This document shows, piece by piece, positions 37,738 through 46,916 of a DNA stretch of 64,000 bases (the stretch's first letter is position 1; each line of letters begins with the position of its first letter). Below the pieces are notes generated by a model. It had not been told where the DNA came from, made no database searches, and saw nothing but the letters and a program-made list of their open reading frames with translations. The stretch comes from Patescibacteria group bacterium UBA7435 (GTDB lineage Bacteria; Patescibacteriota; Minisyncoccia; Phycocordibacterales; UBA918). The translations under genes and the position numbers were made by a program. The stretch covers positions 19,942 to 83,941 of the forward strand of contig DLQJ01000007.1 in the NCBI GenBank assembly GCA_002477545.1. The letters are read 5' to 3'.

Positions 37738-39054
37738 CTACTCAACTACTTCTATGATTTCTTCGTTTTCTTTCTCCCCGACAGTCTTGTCTCCATTGAG
37801 CCATTTCACTGCAGCTTCTATCTGTGGGTCCTCTCCTGCAATCACCTGCTGTGGTGTGCGGTCGATTTCAATATCAGGCGCAAGTCCCTCAAATGAAATT
37901 GACGTGCCATCTGGCGTAAACCATCGTGCGATAGTTACCTTCAGCGACGACCCATTTGGCAAGTCTACTAATTCTTGCACTGACCCTTTCCCAAAGGTTG
38001 TCTTTCCCATAAGCGTTGCGATACCGTGTTGTGCAAGAGCTCCAGCAAGAATTTCTGATGCTGATGCTGACCCTCCGTCAATCAATACGATCATTTCTTC
38101 AGGAGCATATTTTCCCAAGGACCGTCCTTGTGAACGATAGAGTTCTTCTTCTGATCCATCACCAAAGTCCTCACGTACCACCACCTCTCCTACTGGAACA
38201 AAGAATGAAGCGATAGACACAGCACTTTGCAAGAATCCTCCAGGGTTACCCCGTAAATCTAAAACAAGTTTCCGTGTCCCACTCTTTGTGTATTCTTGTA
38301 ATGCATCCTGTATTGCAGAGTCTGCAATAGCGTTAAAGCTGTAGAGTGAAATAATGAATACACCATCTCTTACTTCAGTATTAATGGTCGGAATAGTGAT
38401 ACTGTCTCGAATAACTGGAATTTCTAACAACTCAATCTCACCTTCACGATAGACCGACAGCACTACTTCAGTTCCCTTTTCTCCACGAATTAATTGAACT
38501 GCGTCATCAATTCCCATTCCTTCGGTTGAAGTACCATCAATTTTTACAATAATATCCGCAGCAACAATGCCTGCTTTCTGTGCCGGAGTATCAGGTAATG
38601 GTGCAATCACTGTCACAACCTCATCGCGGATACCTACCTCCATCCCCACGCCACTGAATTCTCCAGAAATATTTTCATCAAATGCTGCAGCATCTGTTGG
38701 TGGCAAGAATACAGTATAGGGATCACCATAACTCTTAACCAATCCAGAAATCGCACCTTCAATACGATCTTGATTGCTCATTAGATCAGTTGAGGTTGAT
38801 TCCACAAATTTTTCATCAAGCAAATGCCAAACACGCCAGAACTCAGCAAGGTCAACGTCTTCCGCTGGAGCTGGTGTTTTTGCGAAGAGTGAAAAGAGCC
38901 CCGCTTCAAGTGGTCCACTATTAGAACCGCCTGTGCCCATGTGTACCCCTGAAAAAAAGGCAGCTGCTGCCAAAATCAAAGCAAGCCCTACTCCTAAGAA
39001 GCTTCGCGTATGAGTCGACGAGGACCCTGCGTGCGATTCAGTGTTGTCATTCAT
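37738..39054 (-). CDS. ctpA: Carboxyl-terminal processing protease (S41) with PDZ domain
   Basis: PDZ 'GVGMEVGIRD...AQKAGI' and S41 'LDLRGNPGGFLQSAV'. Start set at MNDNTES, followed by a TM helix. Confidence 0.85.
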   Translation of the reverse strand: MNDNTESHAGSSSTHTRSFLGVGLALILAAAAFFSGVHMGTGGSNSGPLEAGLFSLFAKTPAPAEDVDLAEFWRVWHLLDEKFVESTSTDLMSNQDRIEGAISGLVKSYGDPYTVFLPPTDAAAFDENISGEFSGVGMEVGIRDEVVTVIAPLPDTPAQKAGIVAADIIVKIDGTSTEGMGIDDAVQLIRGEKGTEVVLSVYREGEIELLEIPVIRDSITIPTINTEVRDGVFIISLYSFNAIADSAIQDALQEYTKSGTRKLVLDLRGNPGGFLQSAVSIASFFVPVGEVVVREDFGDGSEEELYRSQGRSLGKYAPEEMIVLIDGGSASASEILAGALAQHGIATLMGKTTFGKGSVQELVDLPNGSSLKVTIARWFTPDGTSISFEGLAPDIEIDRTPQQVIAGEDPQIEAAVKWLNGDKTVGEKENEEIIEVVE

Positions 39055-39129
39055 AGAGCTATTATTACACACATATATGACATCGCAAAAAAGATGACGT
39101 GTTAAACTATATGCATAGAATTTGTTCCT

Positions 39130-40038
39130 ATGATTCAGCGATTTACACAAAAAAAACTCACCTGGTTGGATGTACTAAATCCAACTACTGAAGATATACG
39201 TGAAATTGCTGCTGAAGCAGGAATCCCCTCAGAATTTACCAATGACCTTACGGTAACCATTCCTCATAATGAGGTCTTCCATGTAAAAGGAGCGCTTAAA
39301 ATCACACTTGATTTTCCTATTGTAAAACGTACGGACATCAACCATCCTCATGAAATCAAATTTATTGTCACAAAGACTCACTTAGTCACTATCCGTTTTG
39401 AGGATATTGAGTCTATTCACCGCTTTGGAAAAGAATTTGAGGTTCTATGTATGCTTAATAACAAACAAGTAACACAACCTATTAATTTGTTTATTACCCT
39501 CCTGAATTACCTATACGATGCAATGTATTTAAAGCTCGATTATCTGGAAACAAAGATGCGTGACATCGAGGAAGAAATATTTAACGAACATGAGCGTGAG
39601 ATGGTATTTGAAATATCGAGTGTGAGCCGTCGCCTAATTACCTTTAAACAAACAATTTCAGCACACGAAAACGCCTTAATGCGTTTGCGCGGCTCTGTCG
39701 GTTTTGCATTTGGTAAGAAATACGAAGAACGTATAAATGAGCTTGAGCATCATTTCCGTAATCTCAATCGACAAGTCTATGCGCTTTCAAGCACACTTGA
39801 TGACCTTCGTGATACCAACATGGCTCTGCTTTCAACAAAACAAAACGAAACCATGAAGATTTTTACCATCCTCGCCTTCATTACCTTTCCACTTACCCTA
39901 TTCACCTCGATGTTTGGCATGAACACCGTTACTACACCGATTGTTGGCCAAGAAGGAGACTTTTGGATTATCTTAAGTGTCATGGCTATTGTTTCTGTTT
40001 TCTTCTTTGTGTTTTTCAAGTATAAGAAATGGATCTAA
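39130..40038 (+). CDS. corA: CorA-family Mg2+/Co2+ transporter
   Basis: C-terminal 2-TM segment with 'MFGMN'. Confidence 0.8.
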   Translation: MIQRFTQKKLTWLDVLNPTTEDIREIAAEAGIPSEFTNDLTVTIPHNEVFHVKGALKITLDFPIVKRTDINHPHEIKFIVTKTHLVTIRFEDIESIHRFGKEFEVLCMLNNKQVTQPINLFITLLNYLYDAMYLKLDYLETKMRDIEEEIFNEHEREMVFEISSVSRRLITFKQTISAHENALMRLRGSVGFAFGKKYEERINELEHHFRNLNRQVYALSSTLDDLRDTNMALLSTKQNETMKIFTILAFITFPLTLFTSMFGMNTVTTPIVGQEGDFWIILSVMAIVSVFFFVFFKYKKWI

Positions 40039-40147
40039 AGTGGTTGGCACCACTTTAGATCTGATCCGAGGGCGAGCGAAGCTCCAGCGATTTGCCCTAG
40101 GAAGGAAAAAATCGGGACATCAATTCACAGTAGTTAAGCAAACTAAG

Positions 40148-40212
40148 AAGCGCAGCGACTATAGTTTTCTTATGTCAGAACCTGTTCTGTCCTTGGGCAG
40201 ATTCTGACCACT
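40148..40212. repeat. Copy A of a conserved intergenic hairpin element (5' box AGCGCAGCGACTAT, an 11-bp stem with one mismatch, loop TTCTGTCCTTGGG)
   Basis: Copy B lies at 43866-43930. The loop and 5' box are conserved while the stem differs by paired changes. Confidence 0.5.
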
Positions 40213-40364
40213 ACGTTCCTTTCTTCATTTAATTTTCTGATCTTTAGGAGGAAATGGTGGGGCGCAGTTTGTATTTCTAACCCTTGTGCTACATAATAAC
40301 TCTTTCGCATAAAATTCACCTGAGTCACATTTGATCCCTCGCATCCATCTGCTACACTACATCA

Positions 40365-41819
40365 ATGTTTAACCTCTTTAAATCAGAGAAGGATTCTAGT
40401 GCACTCTTTCCTCCTGTTACGCTTTTTAATAGTGAATCACGCGAAACCGAAACGTTTGAACCACTTTCAAAAAAGGAAGTGCGCGTATACTCATGCGGGC
40501 CAACTGTCTACGACTACGCACACATCGGTAACCTTCGTGCATACACGTTCTCTGACATACTTAAGCGAACGCTTCTGTACAATGGATACAACGTAAACCA
40601 CACGATCAACTACACTGACTTTGGTCACCTTGTGTCTGACGCTGACGAGGGTGAGGACAAAATGATGAAGGGCTTGAAACGTGAGAATATGGAAGTATCC
40701 CTTGAGTCTATGCGACTACTCTCTGATAAGTTCATTGCTGCATTTGAAAAAGACATGGAATCACTCAATGTGATCCCTCCAACACAATACGCGCGAGCAA
40801 GTGAGTATGTGACCGAACAGATTAAACTCATTCAAACACTTGAAGAAAAAGGCTATACATACAAAACCTCAGACGGCGTGTACTTTGATATTTCAAAATT
40901 CCCTACCTATGGACGCCTTGGTAACATCAACGTAGAAGAACTTCGTGGTGGTGCACGTGTAGAAGAAAATTCAGAAAAGAAACATCCTGCAGATTTTGCC
41001 GTTTGGAAGAATGGTGACCTTGGTTGGGACAGCGCGTGGGGTAAAGGTTTCCCAGGATGGCACATTGAGTGTTCTGCCATGGCATTTGCGACACTTGGTA
41101 AACAAATTGATATTCATACTGGAGGCGTAGACAATATGCCAACGCATCACAACGGTGAAATTGCGCAGTGTGAAAGTGCAACAGGAAAACAATTTTCAAA
41201 ATACTGGATGCATAGCGAGCATATTCAAATACAAGATCAAAAAATTGCAAAGTCTGAAGGTAACGGAATTATTCTTAGTGACCTTCTTGAAAAAGGATAC
41301 TCAGGTACTGATTACCGCTACTGGCTACTACAAAGCCATTACCGTTCACAGGTAAACTTTAGCTATGAGGCCTTGGATGCAGCAAAGCAAGGACTCATCC
41401 GTTTGAAGCGTTTAGTGTTTGAAGAATGGAGGGACGAACGAGGAAAAATTAATGAAGAAAAACAGCTCGAGATTGTATCTGCAATCAATAACGATTTAGA
41501 TACTCCAAAAGTGATCGCAATGATGCATGACCTTACTAAAGACGAAACCTTGACCACCGGCGAGCGAAAGGCACTAATCTTGGAATGCGACGCACTGTTA
41601 GGACTTGGATTATCTGACGATCCAGAAGATGGTCTAAGGGCGATGGGACATGTCGCTCTAACCTCGTTGCCCCAAAACATACTCGAGATGATTGACCAAC
41701 GCGAAGCTGCTCGCGTAGCCCGAAACTGGGCAGAGGCAGATCGCTTACGTGACGCACTTTTATTGGCAGGTTACACCGTCGAGGATTCCTCAGAAGGACC
41801 AAAGGTTACCAAGCAATAA
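40365..41819 (+). CDS. cysS: Cysteinyl-tRNA synthetase
   Basis: 'YSCGPTVYDYAHIGNLR' (HIGH) and a 'KIAKSEGN' (KMSKS-like) motif. The zinc-site Cys was not checked. Confidence 0.9.
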   Translation: MFNLFKSEKDSSALFPPVTLFNSESRETETFEPLSKKEVRVYSCGPTVYDYAHIGNLRAYTFSDILKRTLLYNGYNVNHTINYTDFGHLVSDADEGEDKMMKGLKRENMEVSLESMRLLSDKFIAAFEKDMESLNVIPPTQYARASEYVTEQIKLIQTLEEKGYTYKTSDGVYFDISKFPTYGRLGNINVEELRGGARVEENSEKKHPADFAVWKNGDLGWDSAWGKGFPGWHIECSAMAFATLGKQIDIHTGGVDNMPTHHNGEIAQCESATGKQFSKYWMHSEHIQIQDQKIAKSEGNGIILSDLLEKGYSGTDYRYWLLQSHYRSQVNFSYEALDAAKQGLIRLKRLVFEEWRDERGKINEEKQLEIVSAINNDLDTPKVIAMMHDLTKDETLTTGERKALILECDALLGLGLSDDPEDGLRAMGHVALTSLPQNILEMIDQREAARVARNWAEADRLRDALLLAGYTVEDSSEGPKVTKQ

Positions 41820-41820
41820 T

Positions 41821-41858
41821 AGATAAAAGCGGGCCCAGAGGTCCGCTTTTTATCTGTG
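41821..41858 (+). terminator. Rho-independent terminator after cysS
   Basis: 'gcgggcccagaggtccgc' followed by TTTTT. Confidence 0.6.
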
Positions 41859-41863
41859 TAGCT

Positions 41864-42070
41864 CTAGCCATACTCGCCTTTTTTCCAATATAACACACCT
41901 GTTACTCGTCTCACTGTAGGCTTTTGCTTGTAAAAATATTGCAACAACCATACAGTAACAACAAGAATTAGCATTAGTAGGAAAAATACATAAGGTACCG
42001 GGCATTTTTCCCAAGAAATATATGCGCTTGTCAGAGATCCACAGATGATTAATGTAAATCTAATTAACAT
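41864..42070 (-). CDS. Small hydrophobic hypothetical protein (2 TM)
   Basis: 68-aa ORF. Weak call. Confidence 0.25.
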   Translation of the reverse strand: MLIRFTLIICGSLTSAYISWEKCPVPYVFFLLMLILVVTVWLLQYFYKQKPTVRRVTGVLYWKKGEYG

Positions 42071-42449
42071 TGTTTTGTCCTTTCTTCTATATTCTCACTA
42101 TACACCCAGCATAAGCACTTATCATCTGTATTTTTAAAAAACAGTGGATTACTAAACAAAAACAAAAGCGGACCTGTGGCCCGCTTTTTTGAATCAGAAT
42201 GTCCACCAACCGGAGTTCTGCTCATTTTTCTTTCGCTCTGTTCGTTGTTTTTTCCACACAAGAAAGAGCAAATATGCAACAAATGGAAATATTGATAAAA
42301 CGAAAATCCAAGATAAGAATTGATTCACTACTACCCCCCCCTTTTTTTAGGTTATTGTATCTCTATAAGAAATAATACACATATTTTCCACAAAATCCAT
42401 ACAATAGTCGATTCTCAAATACATGGTAAAATAGCTTCATAATAAATTT

Positions 42450-43856
42450 ATGGCTGACACATCCAAACCATTGGCTCGAAGCCTCCGTACACCGCCTCAC
42501 AATATTGAAGCTGAAAAAGCGCTTATTGGTGCAATCATGCTCAAACCTGAGGTAATGCATGATGTGTCAGTGAATATTTATCCTGAGAGTTTCTATGCTG
42601 ATAAACACAGTCAGATCTTTCAAGCGATTCTTACCATCTTTACCAAAGGTGATCCTATCGATCTTCTTTCGGTAACCACACGTCTGAAGTCTGAAGGGCA
42701 ACTTGACCGTGTTGGTGGAGCAACATACATTAACGAGCTTGTGGACACTGTACCTGCTGCTGGTAACGCTTCATACTATATGGAGCTCGTGCAAGCAAAA
42801 GCAGTTCTTCGGGGTCTTATTCACGCTGCAGACGAGATTGCTGAGATGAGTTACGCAGATCCTGAAAATCTTGACGAAACACTTGATCAGGCAGAAAAGA
42901 AAGTCTATGGAGTAACCAACTCTACCTCAACAGGAAAATTCAAGACCATCGGTAACTCACTTACCGAAGCCTGGGAACGATTTGAATACCTTAGTGCAAA
43001 CCAAGACGAAAAACGTGGAGTGCCTACAGGTTTCCATGCGCTTGATAATGTACTGGCCGGTTTCCAAAAATCTGACCTTATCATTCTTGCAGCGCGTCCA
43101 TCTATGGGTAAAACAACCTTCGCCTTAGACCTTGCGCGTAATGCAGCACTTGAGTACGGAAAGTCAGTTGGTATCTTTTCATTGGAGATGAGTGATCAAC
43201 AGTTGGTTGACCGTATGCTTGCCGCTGACGCGGGAGTAGACTCATGGAAACTGCGTACCGGTAAACTCAATACTGACGCTGAATTCGAAGCAGTACAAGC
43301 ATCAATGGCTAAGCTTTCTGACGCACGCATTCATATTGATGATCAGCCAGGGACAAACATTCTTAAGATGCGTTCTGCGGCACGGCGATTGAAGAACGAG
43401 CATGGTCTTGATCTTCTTATTGTGGACTACCTCCAACTTATGAGTCCTACCAACTCAAAAGCAAGTGACTCGATGACACAACAGGTGACAGAAATTTCTC
43501 GTGCACTGAAGCTTCTTGCTCGTGAACTTGATGTACCGGTGCTCGCACTCTCACAGCTGTCGCGTGCGGTTGAACAACGTGGTGGAAAGCCGAGATTGTC
43601 AGACCTTCGTGACTCAGGGTCTATTGAGCAGGATGCTGACGTGGTGATGTTTATTCACCGCGAGGACAAAGCAAACAGAGACGTTGAATCAGAACGACCA
43701 AACATCGCAGAAATCATGGTTGAGAAACACCGTAATGGTCCAGTTGGGTCAGCTGAGCTATACTTCGACGGTCAGCATGTACGCTTCCTTAATCTGGACA
43801 CGAACCATTCAAGTAATGCGATAGAGCATGCAACAGCACAGGATGATGACTTCTAA
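42450..43856 (+). CDS. dnaB: Replicative DNA helicase
   Basis: 'PPHNIEAEKALIGAIML' N-terminus, Walker A 'ARPSMGKTT' and 'SGSIEQDADVVMF'. Confidence 0.9.
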   Translation: MADTSKPLARSLRTPPHNIEAEKALIGAIMLKPEVMHDVSVNIYPESFYADKHSQIFQAILTIFTKGDPIDLLSVTTRLKSEGQLDRVGGATYINELVDTVPAAGNASYYMELVQAKAVLRGLIHAADEIAEMSYADPENLDETLDQAEKKVYGVTNSTSTGKFKTIGNSLTEAWERFEYLSANQDEKRGVPTGFHALDNVLAGFQKSDLIILAARPSMGKTTFALDLARNAALEYGKSVGIFSLEMSDQQLVDRMLAADAGVDSWKLRTGKLNTDAEFEAVQASMAKLSDARIHIDDQPGTNILKMRSAARRLKNEHGLDLLIVDYLQLMSPTNSKASDSMTQQVTEISRALKLLARELDVPVLALSQLSRAVEQRGGKPRLSDLRDSGSIEQDADVVMFIHREDKANRDVESERPNIAEIMVEKHRNGPVGSAELYFDGQHVRFLNLDTNHSSNAIEHATAQDDDF

Positions 43857-43865
43857 TGAACAAAG

Positions 43866-43930
43866 GAGCGCAGCGACTATTGTGAATTAATGTCGGAAAT
43901 TGTTCTGCCCTTGGGTAATTTCCGACCTAG
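43866..43930. repeat. Copy B of the conserved intergenic hairpin element (10-bp perfect stem gtcggaaatt/aatttccgac, loop GTTCTGCCCTTGGGT)
   Basis: See copy A at 40148-40212. Confidence 0.5.
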
Positions 43931-44083
43931 TGACATACTGTAAGAACGAAGGGTATATTATGAATTTAGTCCCCAATTTCACCTTTTGTCCTAAGGCAAA
44001 TCGCTGGACCTAACAACTCTCAATTCTCCTCTCGCTCCAATGTAACCACCACAACAACCTAAACAACTTTTTACACCAACAAG

Positions 44084-44701
44084 ATGACAAACCTAGACAA
44101 ACTCATTAAACACTTCGAACGCTTCCCTGGTATTGGAGGCCGACAAGCACGACGCTTTGCGTTTCATGTTCTTACCTTGCCTGATGCTGATGTAACTGAA
44201 ATAGCTGAATTACTGACAAACTTACAATCATCAGTAATTGAGTGTTCACGGTGTCATCGATTCTTTTCAAAAAATGATGGTCCTACTGAGATGTGTTCTA
44301 TCTGCACCGATGGTAACCGAGATCGATCAAAGCTGATGGTAGTCGAGCGCGACACTGACGTACAATCAATCGAGCGGTCAGGTATCTACAACGGCCTCTA
44401 CTTTGTGCTCGGAGGCACTATTCCCCTGCTTGAATCAGCTGAATCAAACAAACTTCGCGGAGGTGCACTGAAGGCTTCTATTGATGCACAGATAACCGAA
44501 GACCTCACAGAAATAATCTTAGGATTCTCAGTAAATCCTGATGGAGAAAATACTGGGCGCTATGTAGAAACATTACTTAAGGAGCATATTGCAGAACATA
44601 ATCTCACCATCACCCAATTAGGACGTGGACTTTCTACCGGAAGTGAACTCGAGTATGCTGACCCCGAGACTATTAAGAACGCTTTGAAGAATAGATCCTG
44701 A
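44084..44701 (+). CDS. recR: Recombination protein RecR
   Basis: 'RFPGIGGRQARRFAFHVL' HhH region, a C4 zinc finger 'CSRCHRF...CSIC', then Toprim. Confidence 0.9.
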   Translation: MTNLDKLIKHFERFPGIGGRQARRFAFHVLTLPDADVTEIAELLTNLQSSVIECSRCHRFFSKNDGPTEMCSICTDGNRDRSKLMVVERDTDVQSIERSGIYNGLYFVLGGTIPLLESAESNKLRGGALKASIDAQITEDLTEIILGFSVNPDGENTGRYVETLLKEHIAEHNLTITQLGRGLSTGSELEYADPETIKNALKNRS

Positions 44702-44730
44702 TGTCACAACTGTGATCTCGCAACGACAAA

Positions 44731-44760
44731 CAAAAAACTCCCTTTCGGGAGTTTTTTGTT
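44731..44760. terminator. Bidirectional terminator between recR and rplU
   Basis: 'aactccctttcgggagtt' flanked by A- and T-runs. Confidence 0.6.
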
Positions 44761-44889
44761 TCAGCTGTCTGTATTTGATTCAAAATTGCCTTAGCTACGA
44801 ACCATCCAAGGAAAATTGTTCGAGTGCACATGATAGTACGGTGAGAATAATTTTCTGTGAGAGGGTGACGTGGATGAGGTGATTTTAGA

Positions 44890-45213
44890 TTAAATACTTT
44901 CGATTCGTACTCGAGAGTACTTCTGTCGATGCCCAATCTTTCGGTCTCGGTTACTCTTAGCCTTGTATCGAAGGATAGAAATTTTCTTTGCCTTCTTTAG
45001 CTCCATGTATGATGCCGTTACTTTTGCACCTTTTACATGTGGAGTACCAACTGCAGCACTGTTCATGAGCACTTTATCAAACTCAATCTTAGCGCCTTCT
45101 TCGTGCTCACCAAGAAGCTCTACATCAAGAACGTCACCTACAGAAACAATGTATTGTTTTCCGCCAGTTTCGATTACTGCAAAGTCTTCTGTTTTTACTG
45201 CTGTTGTAGTCAT
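44890..45213 (-). CDS. rplU: 50S ribosomal protein L21
   Basis: 'FAVIETGGKQYIV' and 'KIGHRQKYSRVRIESI'. The internal Met at 45213 was chosen; the longer ORF has an implausible N-terminal extension. Confidence 0.85.
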   Translation of the reverse strand: MTTTAVKTEDFAVIETGGKQYIVSVGDVLDVELLGEHEEGAKIEFDKVLMNSAAVGTPHVKGAKVTASYMELKKAKKISILRYKAKSNRDRKIGHRQKYSRVRIESI

Positions 45214-45313
45214 AATGCGCGATATAGTACTAGATATTGTTGCATAATGCAAGAAGATACTGTACGTTTTGTGTAGACGCGCACTAAACATGAATAATTG
45301 ACTGGAGGCATAA

Positions 45314-45655
45314 GTGGATAGAACAAAAGTAATTCTCAACTTTGACAATCACCGTTGGATTGGGCCTAAATTTTTACTTCCCGACATGTGGTTTAATCAA
45401 GACGGAAACCGACTAACTTTCTCGATAAAGGCTTCTGAAACACATCTACAACTTATAAATATTGCATTTGTTCGGCAAATGCATTTATGTGAGGTTGATA
45501 CTGATTCAGCGCCTGAAATCTACAGACCTGCAATCCGCCCGAGTTATCACATAATTACTCGTTTAGATTCAGAACTTGCAAAAAACAAGCTCTGGGTGCG
45601 ACGTAAGAACGTTGCAGTAGACTTACCACTAGGAGCACGCCAAAGCGCGCGATGA
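45314..45655 (+). CDS. Hypothetical ORF (doubtful)
   Basis: 113-aa ORF in the rplU leader region. No motif recognised. Confidence 0.15.
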   Translation: MDRTKVILNFDNHRWIGPKFLLPDMWFNQDGNRLTFSIKASETHLQLINIAFVRQMHLCEVDTDSAPEIYRPAIRPSYHIITRLDSELAKNKLWVRRKNVAVDLPLGARQSAR

Positions 45656-45692
45656 ACAAAGCCGCGACCCACTTGGGTCGCGGCTAAAATTT

Positions 45693-46814
45693 TTATTCCT
45701 CAATCTGCGCAGGCTTATCCAATTCCAACTTCTCTACCCCAATGCTGTCCCCAGAAATCTTCGTCACATCCTTATCAATCTTTCCTAACTCTTTCTGCGC
45801 AGCATTGTAGTGGTTTACCGTTGTTCCCAGTGTATTTCCCAACTTCTCGAAGTACTCATTGTACGCTGAAAGATGTCGGGTTAGCTTCTCTACATTCTTT
45901 TGAATTTCTTTTGCTGACTCCTCTACCTTAAACGCACGGAATCCATACAATACCGATTGCAGATACGCAGCAAATGTTGTTGGAGAAACAATGATCACGT
46001 TCTTGTCTTTATACGCGTAATCAATAAGTGATCGTGTGTTTACTTTTACTGATCCAACTTCATTTACCAACAAGTCATAATAGATTGCTTCAGCCGGAAT
46101 ATACATAAACGCAAATGGTAGCGTGCCATCCTTCGGACGGATGTATTTTGCTGTTTCATCAATACGCTTCTTTAGATCATTCTTGAACTCCTTCTCTAGC
46201 GCTTCACGCTTAGAGTCATCAGTCTCCTCAACCAACCGCCGATAGTTATCAAGCGAGAACTTCGCATCTACAGGAATCAATCCATCTTTGGTAATAATCG
46301 CTGCATCTACCGCTTCACCTCCTGGAAATTGATATTGCAGTTTGTAGCCAGTTGCAGGCAGAATATTTTCAAGAGCAAGCAGAAGTGAGGCTTCTCCAAG
46401 GTTTCCACGTTGTTTTTGGTGTTTCAACACCTTCTCAAGACTTTGTAACTGTTCAGCAACCGTAAACACCTGTTTTGAGCTCTCAGACACCTCAGAAACA
46501 CTCTTTTGTACATTCAGCAGCTTTGCACCCACACTCTCTTGTATGGACTGAATTTGGGCATTCACGTCCCTATTTATCTCCTGAATAAGCTCCTTACTCT
46601 CCTTAAACTGCACGCGAGCATTATTCTGCATTTGTGCACTACTCTCCCCCATTCGTTCGTGCATCGTTCGATTAAGTTCTTGAAGCTGTTGTTGCATCAG
46701 TAACATACTCTTATCGTCTGTTTTATCTTCCTCTTTCTTAAAAAATGAGTTGTACACCAATATAGCTAACACTGCAACAAGGAGCAGGAGCACCGCAATC
46801 TGAATTATTTCCAT
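45693..46814 (-). CDS. rmuC: DNA recombination protein RmuC
   Basis: N-terminal TM, long coiled coil, and a C-terminal RmuC nuclease-like region ('FAFMYIPAEAIYYDLL'). Confidence 0.75.
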   Translation of the reverse strand: MEIIQIAVLLLLVAVLAILVYNSFFKKEEDKTDDKSMLLMQQQLQELNRTMHERMGESSAQMQNNARVQFKESKELIQEINRDVNAQIQSIQESVGAKLLNVQKSVSEVSESSKQVFTVAEQLQSLEKVLKHQKQRGNLGEASLLLALENILPATGYKLQYQFPGGEAVDAAIITKDGLIPVDAKFSLDNYRRLVEETDDSKREALEKEFKNDLKKRIDETAKYIRPKDGTLPFAFMYIPAEAIYYDLLVNEVGSVKVNTRSLIDYAYKDKNVIIVSPTTFAAYLQSVLYGFRAFKVEESAKEIQKNVEKLTRHLSAYNEYFEKLGNTLGTTVNHYNAAQKELGKIDKDVTKISGDSIGVEKLELDKPAQIEE

Positions 46815-46854
46815 AGTCCGACTATTTTACCACGTAATGAAAAACACAAAAATG

Positions 46855-46906
46855 TGTGTAAGGGTAGTCCTTACACAACATATTGTGTAAGGACTACCCT
46901 TACACA
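46855..46906. promoter_or_regulatory. Two inverted copies of the TGTGTAAGG-N6-CCTTACACA palindromic unit, forming a hairpin with a 24-bp stem and a 4-nt loop, directly upstream of rmuC
   Basis: Seen directly. Same half-sites as the 35749-35771 palindrome. Confidence 0.5.
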
Positions 46907-46916
46907 CATTTTCGCC

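Noticed and set aside
41821-42192. Near-identical hairpins at 41821-41858 and 42158-42192 in inverted orientation flank small ORFs, suggesting a MITE or small mobile element
   Set aside because: Each is a palindromic Rho-independent terminator of the common AAAAGCGGRCC...GGYCCGCTTTT type, so rc-similarity between them is expected. There are no target-site duplications and no transposase.
42064-42282. 72-aa minus-strand ORF between terminators
   Set aside because: There is no RBS and it spans a terminator hairpin. It is likely non-coding.
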